Notes under the pieces: model-generated
What the model was told of the DNA's origin: nothing
What the model saw: the letters and a program-made list of their open reading frames with translations, nothing else
Database searches by the model: none
Part shown: in pieces, positions 1-8,759 of the stretch
Layout of the letters: every line of letters starts with the position of its first letter
How positions within the stretch are numbered: position 1 is the stretch's first letter
Program-made: the position numbers and the translations under genes
NCBI GenBank assembly: GCA_038851755.1
Contig: JAWCKR010000005.1
Span: 14,409-78,408 of the forward strand
Source of the DNA: Candidatus Hadarchaeales archaeon
GTDB lineage: Archaea; Hadarchaeota; Hadarchaeia; Hadarchaeales; WYZ-LMO6
Length of the DNA: 64,000 nt
Direction: 5' to 3'

Positions 1-1656
1 CTTCGCCGGGCACCTCCCCCTAAGATGGGCCTCGTACTCCTCCCCGAAGTATTTCATGGTGGTGAGGACGGGGTTCACGGCCGTGGTACCCAGGGCGCAG
101 AGGGAGGCCTCGGCCATGGTCTCGCCTATCTCCTCTATGGTCTTCAGGTCCTCCTCCTTCCCCCTCCCCTCGCACAGGTCCGTGAGGAGGCGGTTGAGCA
201 CCCTCAGCCCCTCCCTGCAGGGGATGCACTTCCCGCAGGACTCCTCCAGGAGGAAGTGGATGAAGAAGCGGGCCACGTCCACCATGCAGGTGTCCTCGTC
301 CATCACGATCATGCCCCCCGAGCCCATCATGGAGCCCAGCTTGGTGAGGGCGTCGAAGTCCACGGGGGTGTCCAGGTACTGCTCGGGGATCACCCCTCCC
401 GAGGGTCCGCCCGTCTGGACGGCCTTGAACCTCTTCCCTCCCCTTATCCCTCCCCCCACGTCGTAGATGATCTGCCTGAGGGTCATGCCCATGGGGACCT
501 CCACCAGCCCCGTGTTGTTGACCTTCCCCACCAGGCTGAAGATCTTGGTACCCGGGGACCCCTCGGTCCCTATCCTCCTGAACCAGTCCGCCCCGTTCAG
601 GACGATCAGGGGGACGTTGGCCCAGGTCTCCACGTTGTTCAGGCAGGAGGGCCTGTCGTGGATCCCCTTCACGGCGGTGTGGATGTACTTGGGCCTGGGC
701 TCCCCGACCTTCCCCTCTATGGCCGTCATGAGGGCGCTGGACTCCCCCGAGACGAAGGCCCCCGCCCCGCGGTGGACCTCCACGTCGAAGTCGAAGCCTG
801 AGCCCAGGATGTTCTCCCCCAGCAGGCCTCGCTCCCTGGCCTGCTCTATGGCCGTGGTCACGTTCTCCACGGCCAGGGGGTACTCCTCCCTCACGTAGAT
901 GTAGCCCTGGTGGGAGCCTATGGCATAGGCCCCTATGATCAGGCCCTCCAGGACGGAGTGGGGGTTGCCCTCCATGAGGGAGCGGTCCATGAAGGCTCCG
1001 GGATCGCCCTCGTCGCAGTTCACGATCACGTACTTGGGCTCACCCGGGGCGTTCCTGGTGGTCTCCCACTTCCTCCCCGTGGGGAAGCCCCCTCCACCCC
1101 TCCCCCTCAGGCCGGAGCGCTTCACCTCCTCCAGGACCTTCTCGGGGCTGAGCTCGAAGAGGGCCCTGGCCAGGGCCCTGTATCCCCCCTCCGCCACGTA
1201 GTCCTCTATCCTGGTGGGGTCGATCCTGCCGTTGAGGGAGAGGAGGAGCCTGTGCTGGTGGCGGTAGAAGGGGAGGTCGGAGGCCTTCCTGATCCTCTGC
1301 CCGGTGACGGGGTCCTGGTAGAGGAGGCGGTCCACCACCCCTTTGGAAACCACGGCGTCCACGATTTCCTTAACGTCGGAAGGCTTGACCGAGACATAAA
1401 AGGTCTCCTCGGGGTAGACCGTCACCACGGGCTCCCTCTGGCAGAACCCGTTGCAGCCCGTCTCTTTCACCTCTATTTCCCCCACCAGTCCTCTGCTCTC
1501 TATTTCCTCTTCCAGAGCCAGGAAGACCTTGTCACTTCCGGCCGCCAGACCGCAGGCAGATTTGGTGCAGATGGTGAGGAGGGGGCGGTGGGGGTCCCTG
1601 CCCCTAAGAAGCTCCTCCCTCCATCTGTCCAGGTCCGCGGGAGAGTTCAGCCTCAT
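1..1656 (-). CDS. nuoF: NuoF/HydB-family NADH-binding flavoprotein subunit (3' end runs off window)
   Basis: Hand translation: MRLNSPADL..., N-terminal thioredoxin-like 2Fe-2S region (TGCNGFC), [51 protein letters not shown]; ATGA overlap with nuoE stop; absent from ORF track because truncated. Confidence 0.93.
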   Translation of the reverse strand, partial: MRLNSPADLDRWREELLRGRDPHRPLLTICTKSACGLAAGSDKVFLALEEEIESRGLVGEIEVKETGCNGFCQREPVVTVYPEETFYVSVKPSDVKEIVDAVVSKGVVDRLLYQDPVTGQRIRKASDLPFYRHQHRLLLSLNGRIDPTRIEDYVAEGGYRALARALFELSPEKVLEEVKRSGLRGRGGGGFPTGRKWETTRNAPGEPKYVIVNCDEGDPGAFMDRSLMEGNPHSVLEGLIIGAYAIGSHQGYIYVREEYPLAVENVTTAIEQARERGLLGENILGSGFDFDVEVHRGAGAFVSGESSALMTAIEGKVGEPRPKYIHTAVKGIHDRPSCLNNVETWANVPLIVLNGADWFRRIGTEGSPGTKIFSLVGKVNNTGLVEVPMGMTLRQIIYDVGGGIRGGKRFKAVQTGGPSGGVIPEQYLDTPVDFDALTKLGSMMGSGGMIVMDEDTCMVDVARFFIHFLLEESCGKCIPCREGLRVLNRLLTDLCEGRGKEEDLKTIEEIGETMAEASLCALGTTAVNPVLTTMKYFGEEYEAHLRGRCPAK

Positions 1657-2324
1657 CCTCTCACCCTAGTCCCCACCTCCGCAGGCACGGCCGGGGGTGC
1701 GGCCTTCACTCCGAACTTCTCCAGCAACCTCGCCACGGAGGCGGGCGTGAGGTTCCCGTAGTAGTCATCGTTGATCATGATCACCGGTCCTATCGCGCAG
1801 CACCCCAGGCAGTTGACGGTTTCAAGCGTGAACTGGAGGTCGGGAGTGGTCTCCCCGGGCGAGATGCCCAGAAGGTTCGTTATCCTCTCCAAAATCATCT
1901 GCGAACCCCTCACCTGGCAGGAAGTACCCATGCATACCCTGATCAGGTTCCTCCCCCTGGGGCTCAGGGTGAAAGCCTTGTAGAAGGTCACGATGCGGTA
2001 GACGTTACTCAAAGGCACATTGAGCTGTCTGCTCACCTCCAGGAGGACCTCCATCGGAAGCCAGCCCAACCCCTTCTGCAGTCTCAGCAGGATCTGGATC
2101 AGCTTGGTCCTGTCGTAGCCGAACTCCTCCAAAACCTTGTTCACTAGGTTGCCCATCCCGCCGAGCCTCATCTGTTGCTCAGGCTGTGGCTCCGGCGCCT
2201 TTTCCTTCTCCGTACCCTCCGGCAACTTGACCTTGAACCTGCAGCGAGGACAGGTGGTGTAGAAAGCCCCCTTCCCGCGGTAATCCCAGACGTACCCGCA
2301 GTGCTGACACTTTACCTTACTCAC
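1653..2324 (-). CDS. nuoE: NuoE/HydC-family 2Fe-2S subunit with N-terminal zinc-ribbon extension
   Basis: [30 protein letters not shown] motifs; N-terminal CQHC-x16-CPRC. Confidence 0.92.
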   Translation of the reverse strand: MSKVKCQHCGYVWDYRGKGAFYTTCPRCRFKVKLPEGTEKEKAPEPQPEQQMRLGGMGNLVNKVLEEFGYDRTKLIQILLRLQKGLGWLPMEVLLEVSRQLNVPLSNVYRIVTFYKAFTLSPRGRNLIRVCMGTSCQVRGSQMILERITNLLGISPGETTPDLQFTLETVNCLGCCAIGPVIMINDDYYGNLTPASVARLLEKFGVKAAPPAVPAEVGTRVRG

Positions 2325-2396
2325 CTACTCACCAACCTACTTTACCTCCCTCTTGTTTTATATACTTTTTCCTTATAATATATAAATATCCTTAAT

Positions 2397-2408
2397 ACGA
2401 TATATCGT
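2397..2408. promoter_or_regulatory. Perfect 12-bp palindrome ACGATATATCGT upstream of the nuoEF promoter; candidate operator
   Basis: Seen directly, next to AT-rich TATA-like elements at 2357-2388. Confidence 0.4.
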
Positions 2409-2469
2409 GAGTACTTATTACCTTTTATCCCCTCAAACGGCATAACTTGTTAATACTAATGAGGAGGGC

Positions 2470-2697
2470 CTACCACCTCACGTGCGACCAGCCCGTCCCT
2501 TCACAGGATGGACACATCAGATGGTCCTTTGTCCGGCCAGTCCCACCGCACAACCCGCACTTGGTGGGTGGGGAGGCCACTACCACGCTTCCTTTCCCCT
2601 TACAGGCTGGACACTTCGCGTTACAGCATCCCCATCCGCTTCCCCTGCACCAGGCGCAGGTGACCTTGACCTCCTTTCCCTCTTCCATCTCACCCAC
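2470..2697 (-). CDS. Small DnaJ-type zinc-finger protein (CxxCxGxG repeats)
   Basis: CAWCRGSG, CPACKGKG, CGLCGGTG, CPSCEGTG; overlaps stop of the phoU-like gene. Confidence 0.8.
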   Translation of the reverse strand: MGEMEEGKEVKVTCAWCRGSGWGCCNAKCPACKGKGSVVVASPPTKCGLCGGTGRTKDHLMCPSCEGTGWSHVRW

Positions 2698-3742
2698 TGG
2701 ACTCGCTCGGACTCTCGGTCAGGGGGTAACCGAAGGTGTGGTTAATCACGGTCTTGGCTATCTCCCCGCCGCAGGTGTAGATATCCATGAGATTGGCCCT
2801 CACCAGGCAGGTGGAGCACACCGCGAAGGGGCGCTTTTCCTTCTTCGCCATCTCCCCCAGCACCTGCATGTTCAGGTCCTCCATCTCCCCCAGGGCATCC
2901 AGCACCTTGTTGGCCTTCTCGGTGTCCTTGCCCCAAAAAGCCTCCACCGCCTCCTCGAAATGCACGTAAGAGGCCTGCCCCATGTTCACCATCCTCTCCA
3001 GCACGGAGGGATGGAACTTTTCCTCCTGGTGGACGAGCAGGTTGGAGATGTTGACCGCCAGGTCGGCCACCCTCTCCATCTGCTGGACGAAGTTCTGGTA
3101 GTCCAGACAGTCCAGGAGGTTGATCCCTATCCTCCCGGCTATCACGGGATCGAAGGCGGCGTTCCGCAGCATCCTGAGGAGGAGGAGGGAAAAGCGGTCC
3201 ACGTCCTCATCCAGGGAAGCGATGGTCTTGGCCAGCTCGGCGTTTTCCTCCTGGAGGGCCTTCAGCATGTCGGCGCACATGGAGGCCACGATGGTGTGCA
3301 TCCTCTTCATGCCGGTGTGAAGGGAGATCTTCGACATGTCCAGAAGGCTCTCGATGATGAATTCCTGGGAATCGGCCTTCATGATCCTCAGGTAGAGCTT
3401 GCCCGCTATGTCCCTCACCGTCTGTTGTTGCTCGGCGTTGAAGACCTCCTCGGAGACTATCCGGAAGCGGGAGGCCCCGTTCAGGTATCCAGACACGACC
3501 TCCCTGACGAACACCTCCTTCCTCTTGTCCTTCTCGAAGTTGATGGTGAGTTCCCTCTCCGCCTCCCTGAGCTCCCTGGGATAGACTACCAAGGACCCGT
3601 CTCCCCTCATGCTCAAATGAACGGTCCTACCAGGTTCCAGCCCGTGGAGATCCACCCACTGCTTGGGAAGTGAAACCACCAGTGTCGACTTCCCCAGTTG
3701 GACTACTTTCCTGGGCTGCACATAATTATGTTTCTCTTTCAT
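2690..3742 (-). CDS. phoU: Archaeal PhoU-family regulator with N-terminal AbrB/SpoVT domain
   Basis: RKVVQLGKSTLVVSLPKQWV (AbrB-like), DEDVDRF and MERVADLAVNI PhoU motifs. Confidence 0.88.
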   Translation of the reverse strand: MKEKHNYVQPRKVVQLGKSTLVVSLPKQWVDLHGLEPGRTVHLSMRGDGSLVVYPRELREAERELTINFEKDKRKEVFVREVVSGYLNGASRFRIVSEEVFNAEQQQTVRDIAGKLYLRIMKADSQEFIIESLLDMSKISLHTGMKRMHTIVASMCADMLKALQEENAELAKTIASLDEDVDRFSLLLLRMLRNAAFDPVIAGRIGINLLDCLDYQNFVQQMERVADLAVNISNLLVHQEEKFHPSVLERMVNMGQASYVHFEEAVEAFWGKDTEKANKVLDALGEMEDLNMQVLGEMAKKEKRPFAVCSTCLVRANLMDIYTCGGEIAKTVINHTFGYPLTESPSESSG

Positions 3743-4131
3743 ATATATATCTCCTTCTTTTTTTACCCATCAACCTTCTTTTCTTTGAATATATAAATTT
3801 AGCAGTTATATGTATTATATGGAAAAAGTATTTATTTCAACCTGTTCGAAAAATAAGGATGCTGAAATTAAAGGTGGAAGAACGCTGGGGGAGGCTCAGG
3901 CTAGTGGTATACCTCCCCAAATCCGGGATCTGCAAGTGGATGCCCAACGGAGGAAATAAAACCTCTCTCCCAAAGGATCCCTGAGCTTTTCTGGAAAGGG
4001 AGGATACAGGGAATTCTTGGGTTTAACTTCATGTTTTAAATATTTGGTATATATCCAAAGAAATTTGTTAAGAAATCTATTCCAAAAGTATATAAATTAG
4101 AAGAAAGTATGTATAAACGGAGGTGAGAAAA

Positions 4132-5826
4132 ATGAAAACCCTTGAGTTGGAACCCCTGGGCAAGAAGTGGACGGTGCTGATGGTGGAGAAGGAGTACGAC
4201 GAGCCTCTCTGGGAGCACGACGAGGTTCTGTTCCCCCGTCTACCCAAAGCCCTGGAAGTGGTCCGGACCCCCTCCGTGGCCTTCAGGGAGTTCCTCTGGG
4301 AACTCCTGACCAAGGAGAGACCGGACTTCGTCACCGACGAAAAAGGAAGGAAGAGCGACAGGGAGTTCTACGAGGAAAACCCGGTGGCCCAAATATGCTC
4401 CGAGAAGGGGATACCTCTCTATCCTGCAGACGTGGACGAGAACGCCAGGTACTACCTGGAGGGAAGGGCGAGTGAAATCAGGGAGAAAAGGGACGAAGTC
4501 TTGAAAGTGCTGGCCCGCAAAAGAAGGGGTGAAAAGCTCTCTCCCCAGCAGCTTGAGTACCTGAAGGCCTACGCACAGTACCTCCACCAAGAGCTGGAGG
4601 AAGAGGTGAGGAAGGCGGAGTTCGAGGTCAGGGAAGCCTGGATCACCATGGGAATTCTGGAGAGGGCCAAGAAGACCGATAAAGACAGGATTCTGGTGGT
4701 GCACCTGAGCAGCCCAAGGCACGTGGAAGGTGTGGCGAAACTCCTCAGGTCGATGGGAGCCACCATCACCCACGTGAAGCTGGAGAAGAAGGCCCTCCCC
4801 AACCTGAGGATGAATTTTCCCCCCACCAGGTTGGGGAGGGACCTCGAGCTACCCGGCTTCGAGGTCGTGCCCACGGCGAGGGTTGTGGGAGAGGAGGAGA
4901 TACCTTCCCTCCTTTTTTTTCTCGACACCGAGCCGCACGTGAGCCCCTTCGACATCTCGCTGGCCTATGATGTGGGGTTCGACGCGGTCATCCCCTACGC
5001 TGGGGTCAGGGCTGAGGACGCCAAGAGCATCGTCCAGGACGCCCTTTTCTCCAGGGGACCCAAAGGGGTGAAGCGTTCCACCTTCCTCATAGGCGGAAGG
5101 TCCCTGGAGGAGGCAGAGAAAATCCTGAAGGTGGTGAAGGAGAGCATGTTTCCCCCCTTTGAGACCTCAGTGGTGATAGACCCACACGGGGCCTACACCA
5201 CCTCCGCGGCCCTCGTGGCCAAGGTAGAGGAAGGAATCAAGAAGCTGGGGATGGTGAGCAAGGGCCTGAAGGCGGTGGTGCTCGCCGGAACAGGACCAGT
5301 GGGAATGGCCTCGGCCACTCTGCTGACCAGGCTAGGCTTCAGGGTGTACCTCACCTCCAGGAAGGAGGAGAGGGCCAAAAAGAGCGCGCAGGAAATCCTG
5401 GAGAGGTGGGGCGCAGAGGTGGAGGGCGTGCAGGTCGAAGACCAGGAAAAAACCTTCGAACTTCTCAGGGACACCTCCGTGGTGGTGGCAAGCGGGGCCC
5501 CCGGAGTGGAGCTGGTCTCGGACACCACCCTGGCAAGGCTGGAGGGAGACAGAAGGATCATGACGGACATCAACGCTGTGCCTCCGAGCGGGATTGCGGG
5601 GCTGAAGCCCGACTATGACCTGCGGGAGTTCCGTCCCGGAATTTTCGGAATAGGAGCCCTAGTGGTGGGCAAACTCAAGAACAGAACAGAGAAGGAGATC
5701 CTCACCAGGGCCAGGCTCACCGGAAAGGGGGTGTACGACCTAGACTACGCCTTCAGAACGGCCAGGGAAATGCTCAGGGGAGTGGAGAGGGAAATAAAGC
5801 TGGCCCCTCTGCAAATCACCTACTGA
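4132..5826 (+). CDS. NAD(P)-dependent methylene-H4MPT/H4F dehydrogenase (MtdB/MtdA type) fused to a ~255-aa N-terminal domain
   Basis: C-terminal SPFDISLAYDVGFD, QDALFSRGPKG, DPHGAYTTSAA, AGTGPVG, DINAVPPSG; SD GGAGGTGA before ATG 4132. Confidence 0.85.
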   Translation: MKTLELEPLGKKWTVLMVEKEYDEPLWEHDEVLFPRLPKALEVVRTPSVAFREFLWELLTKERPDFVTDEKGRKSDREFYEENPVAQICSEKGIPLYPADVDENARYYLEGRASEIREKRDEVLKVLARKRRGEKLSPQQLEYLKAYAQYLHQELEEEVRKAEFEVREAWITMGILERAKKTDKDRILVVHLSSPRHVEGVAKLLRSMGATITHVKLEKKALPNLRMNFPPTRLGRDLELPGFEVVPTARVVGEEEIPSLLFFLDTEPHVSPFDISLAYDVGFDAVIPYAGVRAEDAKSIVQDALFSRGPKGVKRSTFLIGGRSLEEAEKILKVVKESMFPPFETSVVIDPHGAYTTSAALVAKVEEGIKKLGMVSKGLKAVVLAGTGPVGMASATLLTRLGFRVYLTSRKEERAKKSAQEILERWGAEVEGVQVEDQEKTFELLRDTSVVVASGAPGVELVSDTTLARLEGDRRIMTDINAVPPSGIAGLKPDYDLREFRPGIFGIGALVVGKLKNRTEKEILTRARLTGKGVYDLDYAFRTAREMLRGVEREIKLAPLQITY

Positions 5827-5860
5827 ATCCTTTTTTAGCTCGAGAAGAAAAGAAGAGGAG

Positions 5861-6148
5861 ATGGGAACCGATCCAAGCTGGCTCGTCCCCCTCCTCGCCC
5901 CCTTCCTGATAGGGCTGGTGGTGGGGGCCATGGTCAAGGCGGCGGCTAAGTTCGTCCTCCTCCTGCTGGTGCTGGTGGCCATCCTGGCCGTGACCGGGCT
6001 CATCGCCTTCTCCGTGGAGGACCTCTTCGGGAGGGCCATGGACTACCTCCCCAACCTCCTCAAGACGGGGAGCGCGGCCAAGGACGTCCTCCCCTACACC
6101 TCCCTCAGCTTTCTGCTGGGCTTGCTGCTGGGGCTCTGGAAGCTCTAG
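5861..6148 (+). CDS. Small multi-pass membrane protein (FUN14-like)
   Basis: Three hydrophobic segments, SD GAGGAG. Confidence 0.65.
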   Translation: MGTDPSWLVPLLAPFLIGLVVGAMVKAAAKFVLLLLVLVAILAVTGLIAFSVEDLFGRAMDYLPNLLKTGSAAKDVLPYTSLSFLLGLLLGLWKL

Positions 6149-6153
6149 AGACC

Positions 6154-6942
6154 TTGAGGATCCGTCCCGTGGTGGGTTCTCCCGCTCTCTCCTTCTCGGC
6201 GGGAGGGGAGCGGGTGCTGGTGGTGGCCGACCTCCACCTGGGGATGGAGGGAGAGCTGGCGGAGAAGGGGATCTCCCTCCCCAGCCAGATCCCTTCCGCG
6301 AGGAGGAGACTTGAGGAGCTGGTGAGGACGGAGAGGCCACACAGGCTGGTCTTCCTGGGGGACGTGAAGCACAACGTCCCCACCAGCACCTGGAGGGAAT
6401 GGGCCGAACTTCCCTCCTTCTTCGAGGCCCTGCTGGAAGCGGTGGAGAGGGTGGAGGTGGTGAAGGGCAACCACGACGGGGACATAGAGGGGATGATCCC
6501 GCACGGGGTGAGGGTGCATGATCCCGGAGGAATGAGGGTGGGCGAGGTAGGACTGCTCCACGGGCACACCTGGCCCTCCCGGGACCTCTGGGGGGCGAAG
6601 GTGCTGGTGTGCGCCCACAGCCACCCGGCGGTGGAGTTCAGGGACCCGCTGGGCGGGAGGGTGGTGGCGCCCGTGTGGCTGAGGGGAAAGCTGGACACCT
6701 CCCTCCTCCCCCCCGAGAGGAGGAAGGGGGTGGAGGGGCACCGGAAGGTGGTCGTGCTGCCGGCCTTCGGGGAGCTGGTGGGGGGATACGCCGTGAACGG
6801 GCCCTCCTCCGAGGAACTCCTCGGGCCCCTCTTCCGCTGCGGAGCCGTTCGGATGGAGGAGATGGAGGCCTTCCTGCTGGACGGCACCTACCTGGGAAAG
6901 GTGGGCGGGCTCCCAGGGAAGCCTAATTACTCGGGAGGGTGA
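6154..6942 (+). CDS. Calcineurin-like metallophosphoesterase
   Basis: ADLHLG, GDVKH, GNHDG, HGH, HSHP motifs. Confidence 0.9.
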   Translation: MRIRPVVGSPALSFSAGGERVLVVADLHLGMEGELAEKGISLPSQIPSARRRLEELVRTERPHRLVFLGDVKHNVPTSTWREWAELPSFFEALLEAVERVEVVKGNHDGDIEGMIPHGVRVHDPGGMRVGEVGLLHGHTWPSRDLWGAKVLVCAHSHPAVEFRDPLGGRVVAPVWLRGKLDTSLLPPERRKGVEGHRKVVVLPAFGELVGGYAVNGPSSEELLGPLFRCGAVRMEEMEAFLLDGTYLGKVGGLPGKPNYSGG

Positions 6943-6952
6943 GGGAAAGGAG

Positions 6953-7150
6953 ATGGGAGCGGTCTTCAGGCCGGAGGACATGAAGAGGAGGGAATGGGTG
7001 AGGAGGGCCCTGAGGGACCTGAGCCCGGAGGTGGTGAGAAGGGTGGAAGAACTCCTGACCAGGAGGGGGGAGGGATGGGAAGGAGAGCTGGAGAGGCTGG
7101 TGGGGAGGGAGAGAAGCAAGCGGCTTCTGGAGGAGCTGGGGGGGCGGTGA
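6953..7150 (+). CDS. Small hypothetical protein
   Basis: Fills the operon gap, host-like codon usage, purine-rich SD. Confidence 0.6.
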   Translation: MGAVFRPEDMKRREWVRRALRDLSPEVVRRVEELLTRRGEGWEGELERLVGRERSKRLLEELGGR

Positions 7151-7151
7151 A

Positions 7152-7244
7152 GTGGTGGTCAAGGGTTTGGTCTACCTGCTCCTGGCCCTCCTCCTGCTGG
7201 GCCTTCACCTCCTCCTCCGCCACCTCAAGCGGAAAATGGTCTAG
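7152..7244 (+). CDS. 30-aa single-TM microprotein
   Basis: Hand translation MVVKGLVYLLLALLLLGLHLLLRHLKRKMV; exactly fills the gap to the convergent ychF stop. Confidence 0.5.
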   Translation: MVVKGLVYLLLALLLLGLHLLLRHLKRKMV

Positions 7245-8423
7245 CTACCTTCCCTTCGCGGCCACGATGCTTATCACGTCGCCGTCCTTCAGCTCGTGGT
7301 CCTCCCCCACCCTGCGCTTCGTCCTGGCGTCTATGGCGTAGAGGAAGGATTCCCCCAGCTCCGTATGGATCCGGTAGGCCAGCTGTCTGGCTGTGGTCCC
7401 CTTCGGCACCAGGAAGGCGTCCGGGAGAACGTTCCCGTCCTTGTCCGTGAGCTTGTTCTCGTCCTCCACGGGGTAGACGGCTATCAGGCCCAGGAACCTG
7501 TAGACGGCGGTGTCCAGGCACTCCTGCACCCCCGTGCTCCCCCACCTCTCCAGGTACTTCTTCACCGCCTCGAGCGCCCTGGCCTGCTCGGGGGTGAGGG
7601 CCTCCGGCTTCAGGACCCGGAAGGTGGGATCCCCAGGCCTGTAGGAGACCAGCCCCTTCTCGGCCGCCCTCCTCAGGAGGAGCTCGGCCTCCGAGCTCAC
7701 CGGGACCACCGTGTAGCCCGCGGCGCGCATCCTCTCCACGTTCTCCGCCGCCCCCCCCAGGTCGGCCTTATTGGCCACCGCCATGATGGGCTTGCTCAGC
7801 TTCCTGAGCTCCCTGGCCAGCTCCAGGGGACGGGAGGGATCGAAGGGAGCACGCTGCAGGGCGAGGGAAACCTGCTCTTCCGTGATACCCAGGCCGCTCA
7901 GCCTCTTCGACAGCTCCACCGCCAGGTCCTCCCCCCTCAGCTCCACCGCCCTGGCGAACTTCTTCCATCCCCTCTCCAGAATCCCGCACAGCCACAGGTC
8001 TATCTCCTCCTCCAGGAAGGCAAGGTCCTCCAGCGGGTCATGGGTACCCGGGGGGCACGGTCTCCCGTTCTCGTCCGTGGAGCCAGCGGCGTCCACCACA
8101 TGCAGGAGGGCGGAGGCCATGCGAAGGCTGTCCAGAAACTTGTTCCCCAGTCCCTTCCCCTGGTGCGCCCCCTTCACCAGACCAGCCACGTCGATAATCC
8201 TCACGGGGATGTACCTCACCCCGCCCACGCAGGCGGAGTTCCTGGGATGGCATTTCACCCCGAACTCCCCGCAGGGGCACTTCCCCCTCACATGGGCCAC
8301 GCCCACGTTGGGCTCTATGGTGGTGAAGGGGTAGTTGGCCACGGGCACGCTCGCCAGGGTGGCGGCGTTGAAGAAGGTGCTCTTCCCGGTGTTGGGTTTG
8401 CCCACCAGGCCCAGCTCTATCAT
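7245..8423 (-). CDS. ychF: YchF/OLA1 redox-regulated ATPase (Obg family)
   Basis: GKPNTGKST, NYPFTTIEPN, DVAGLV, NKAD, C-terminal TGS domain; start at MIELGLVG. Confidence 0.95.
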   Translation of the reverse strand: MIELGLVGKPNTGKSTFFNAATLASVPVANYPFTTIEPNVGVAHVRGKCPCGEFGVKCHPRNSACVGGVRYIPVRIIDVAGLVKGAHQGKGLGNKFLDSLRMASALLHVVDAAGSTDENGRPCPPGTHDPLEDLAFLEEEIDLWLCGILERGWKKFARAVELRGEDLAVELSKRLSGLGITEEQVSLALQRAPFDPSRPLELARELRKLSKPIMAVANKADLGGAAENVERMRAAGYTVVPVSSEAELLLRRAAEKGLVSYRPGDPTFRVLKPEALTPEQARALEAVKKYLERWGSTGVQECLDTAVYRFLGLIAVYPVEDENKLTDKDGNVLPDAFLVPKGTTARQLAYRIHTELGESFLYAIDARTKRRVGEDHELKDGDVISIVAAKGR

Positions 8424-8758
8424 GGGGAACCCAGGTGCTCGAAGTAGTATCCAGGTTCCTTCTTGCTCCCGAAGCTCCTGACCCCCTTCTCCCTCAGCTG
8501 CTTCCTCAGCCCCCCGGCGTACTCGTGGGTGATCTCCCCCCTCCTCTCCAGATAGTCGATGATCTCCTCCGCCTCCTTCTCGCTCTCGCACCTCCGCAGA
8601 AAGTCCACCGCGGAGGGGGAGAAGCCCTCTCCCCTGGCGGCCCTCTCCGCCTCCCCCCTCTCCGTTCTGCTCCCGGAAATCCTCACCGTTCCCTCCCCAC
8701 CCATCTCCTCCGCCAGGTGGGGGAAGAGCTTCCTGAACTTCTCGGGGGTGAACTCCAA
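8420..8758 (-). CDS. DUF2095-like archaeal protein
   Basis: KFRKLFPHLAEE, VDFLRRC, EIIDYLERRGEI, GVRSFGSKKEPGYY; TTG start. Confidence 0.8.
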   Translation of the reverse strand: MEFTPEKFRKLFPHLAEEMGGEGTVRISGSRTERGEAERAARGEGFSPSAVDFLRRCESEKEAEEIIDYLERRGEITHEYAGGLRKQLREKGVRSFGSKKEPGYYFEHLGSP

Positions 8759-8759
8759 G

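Noticed and set aside
25-1761. Long plus-strand ORFs (25-801, 910-1761) and similar antisense ORFs throughout the window
   Set aside because: Shadow frames of real genes in GC-rich DNA; no motifs, and the opposite strand has clear family matches
3743-4131. AT-rich region as a replication origin
   Set aside because: Only one weak ORB-like string (TTCTGGAAAGGGAGG), no repeated ORBs and no cdc6/orc1 in the window; divergent promoters explain it
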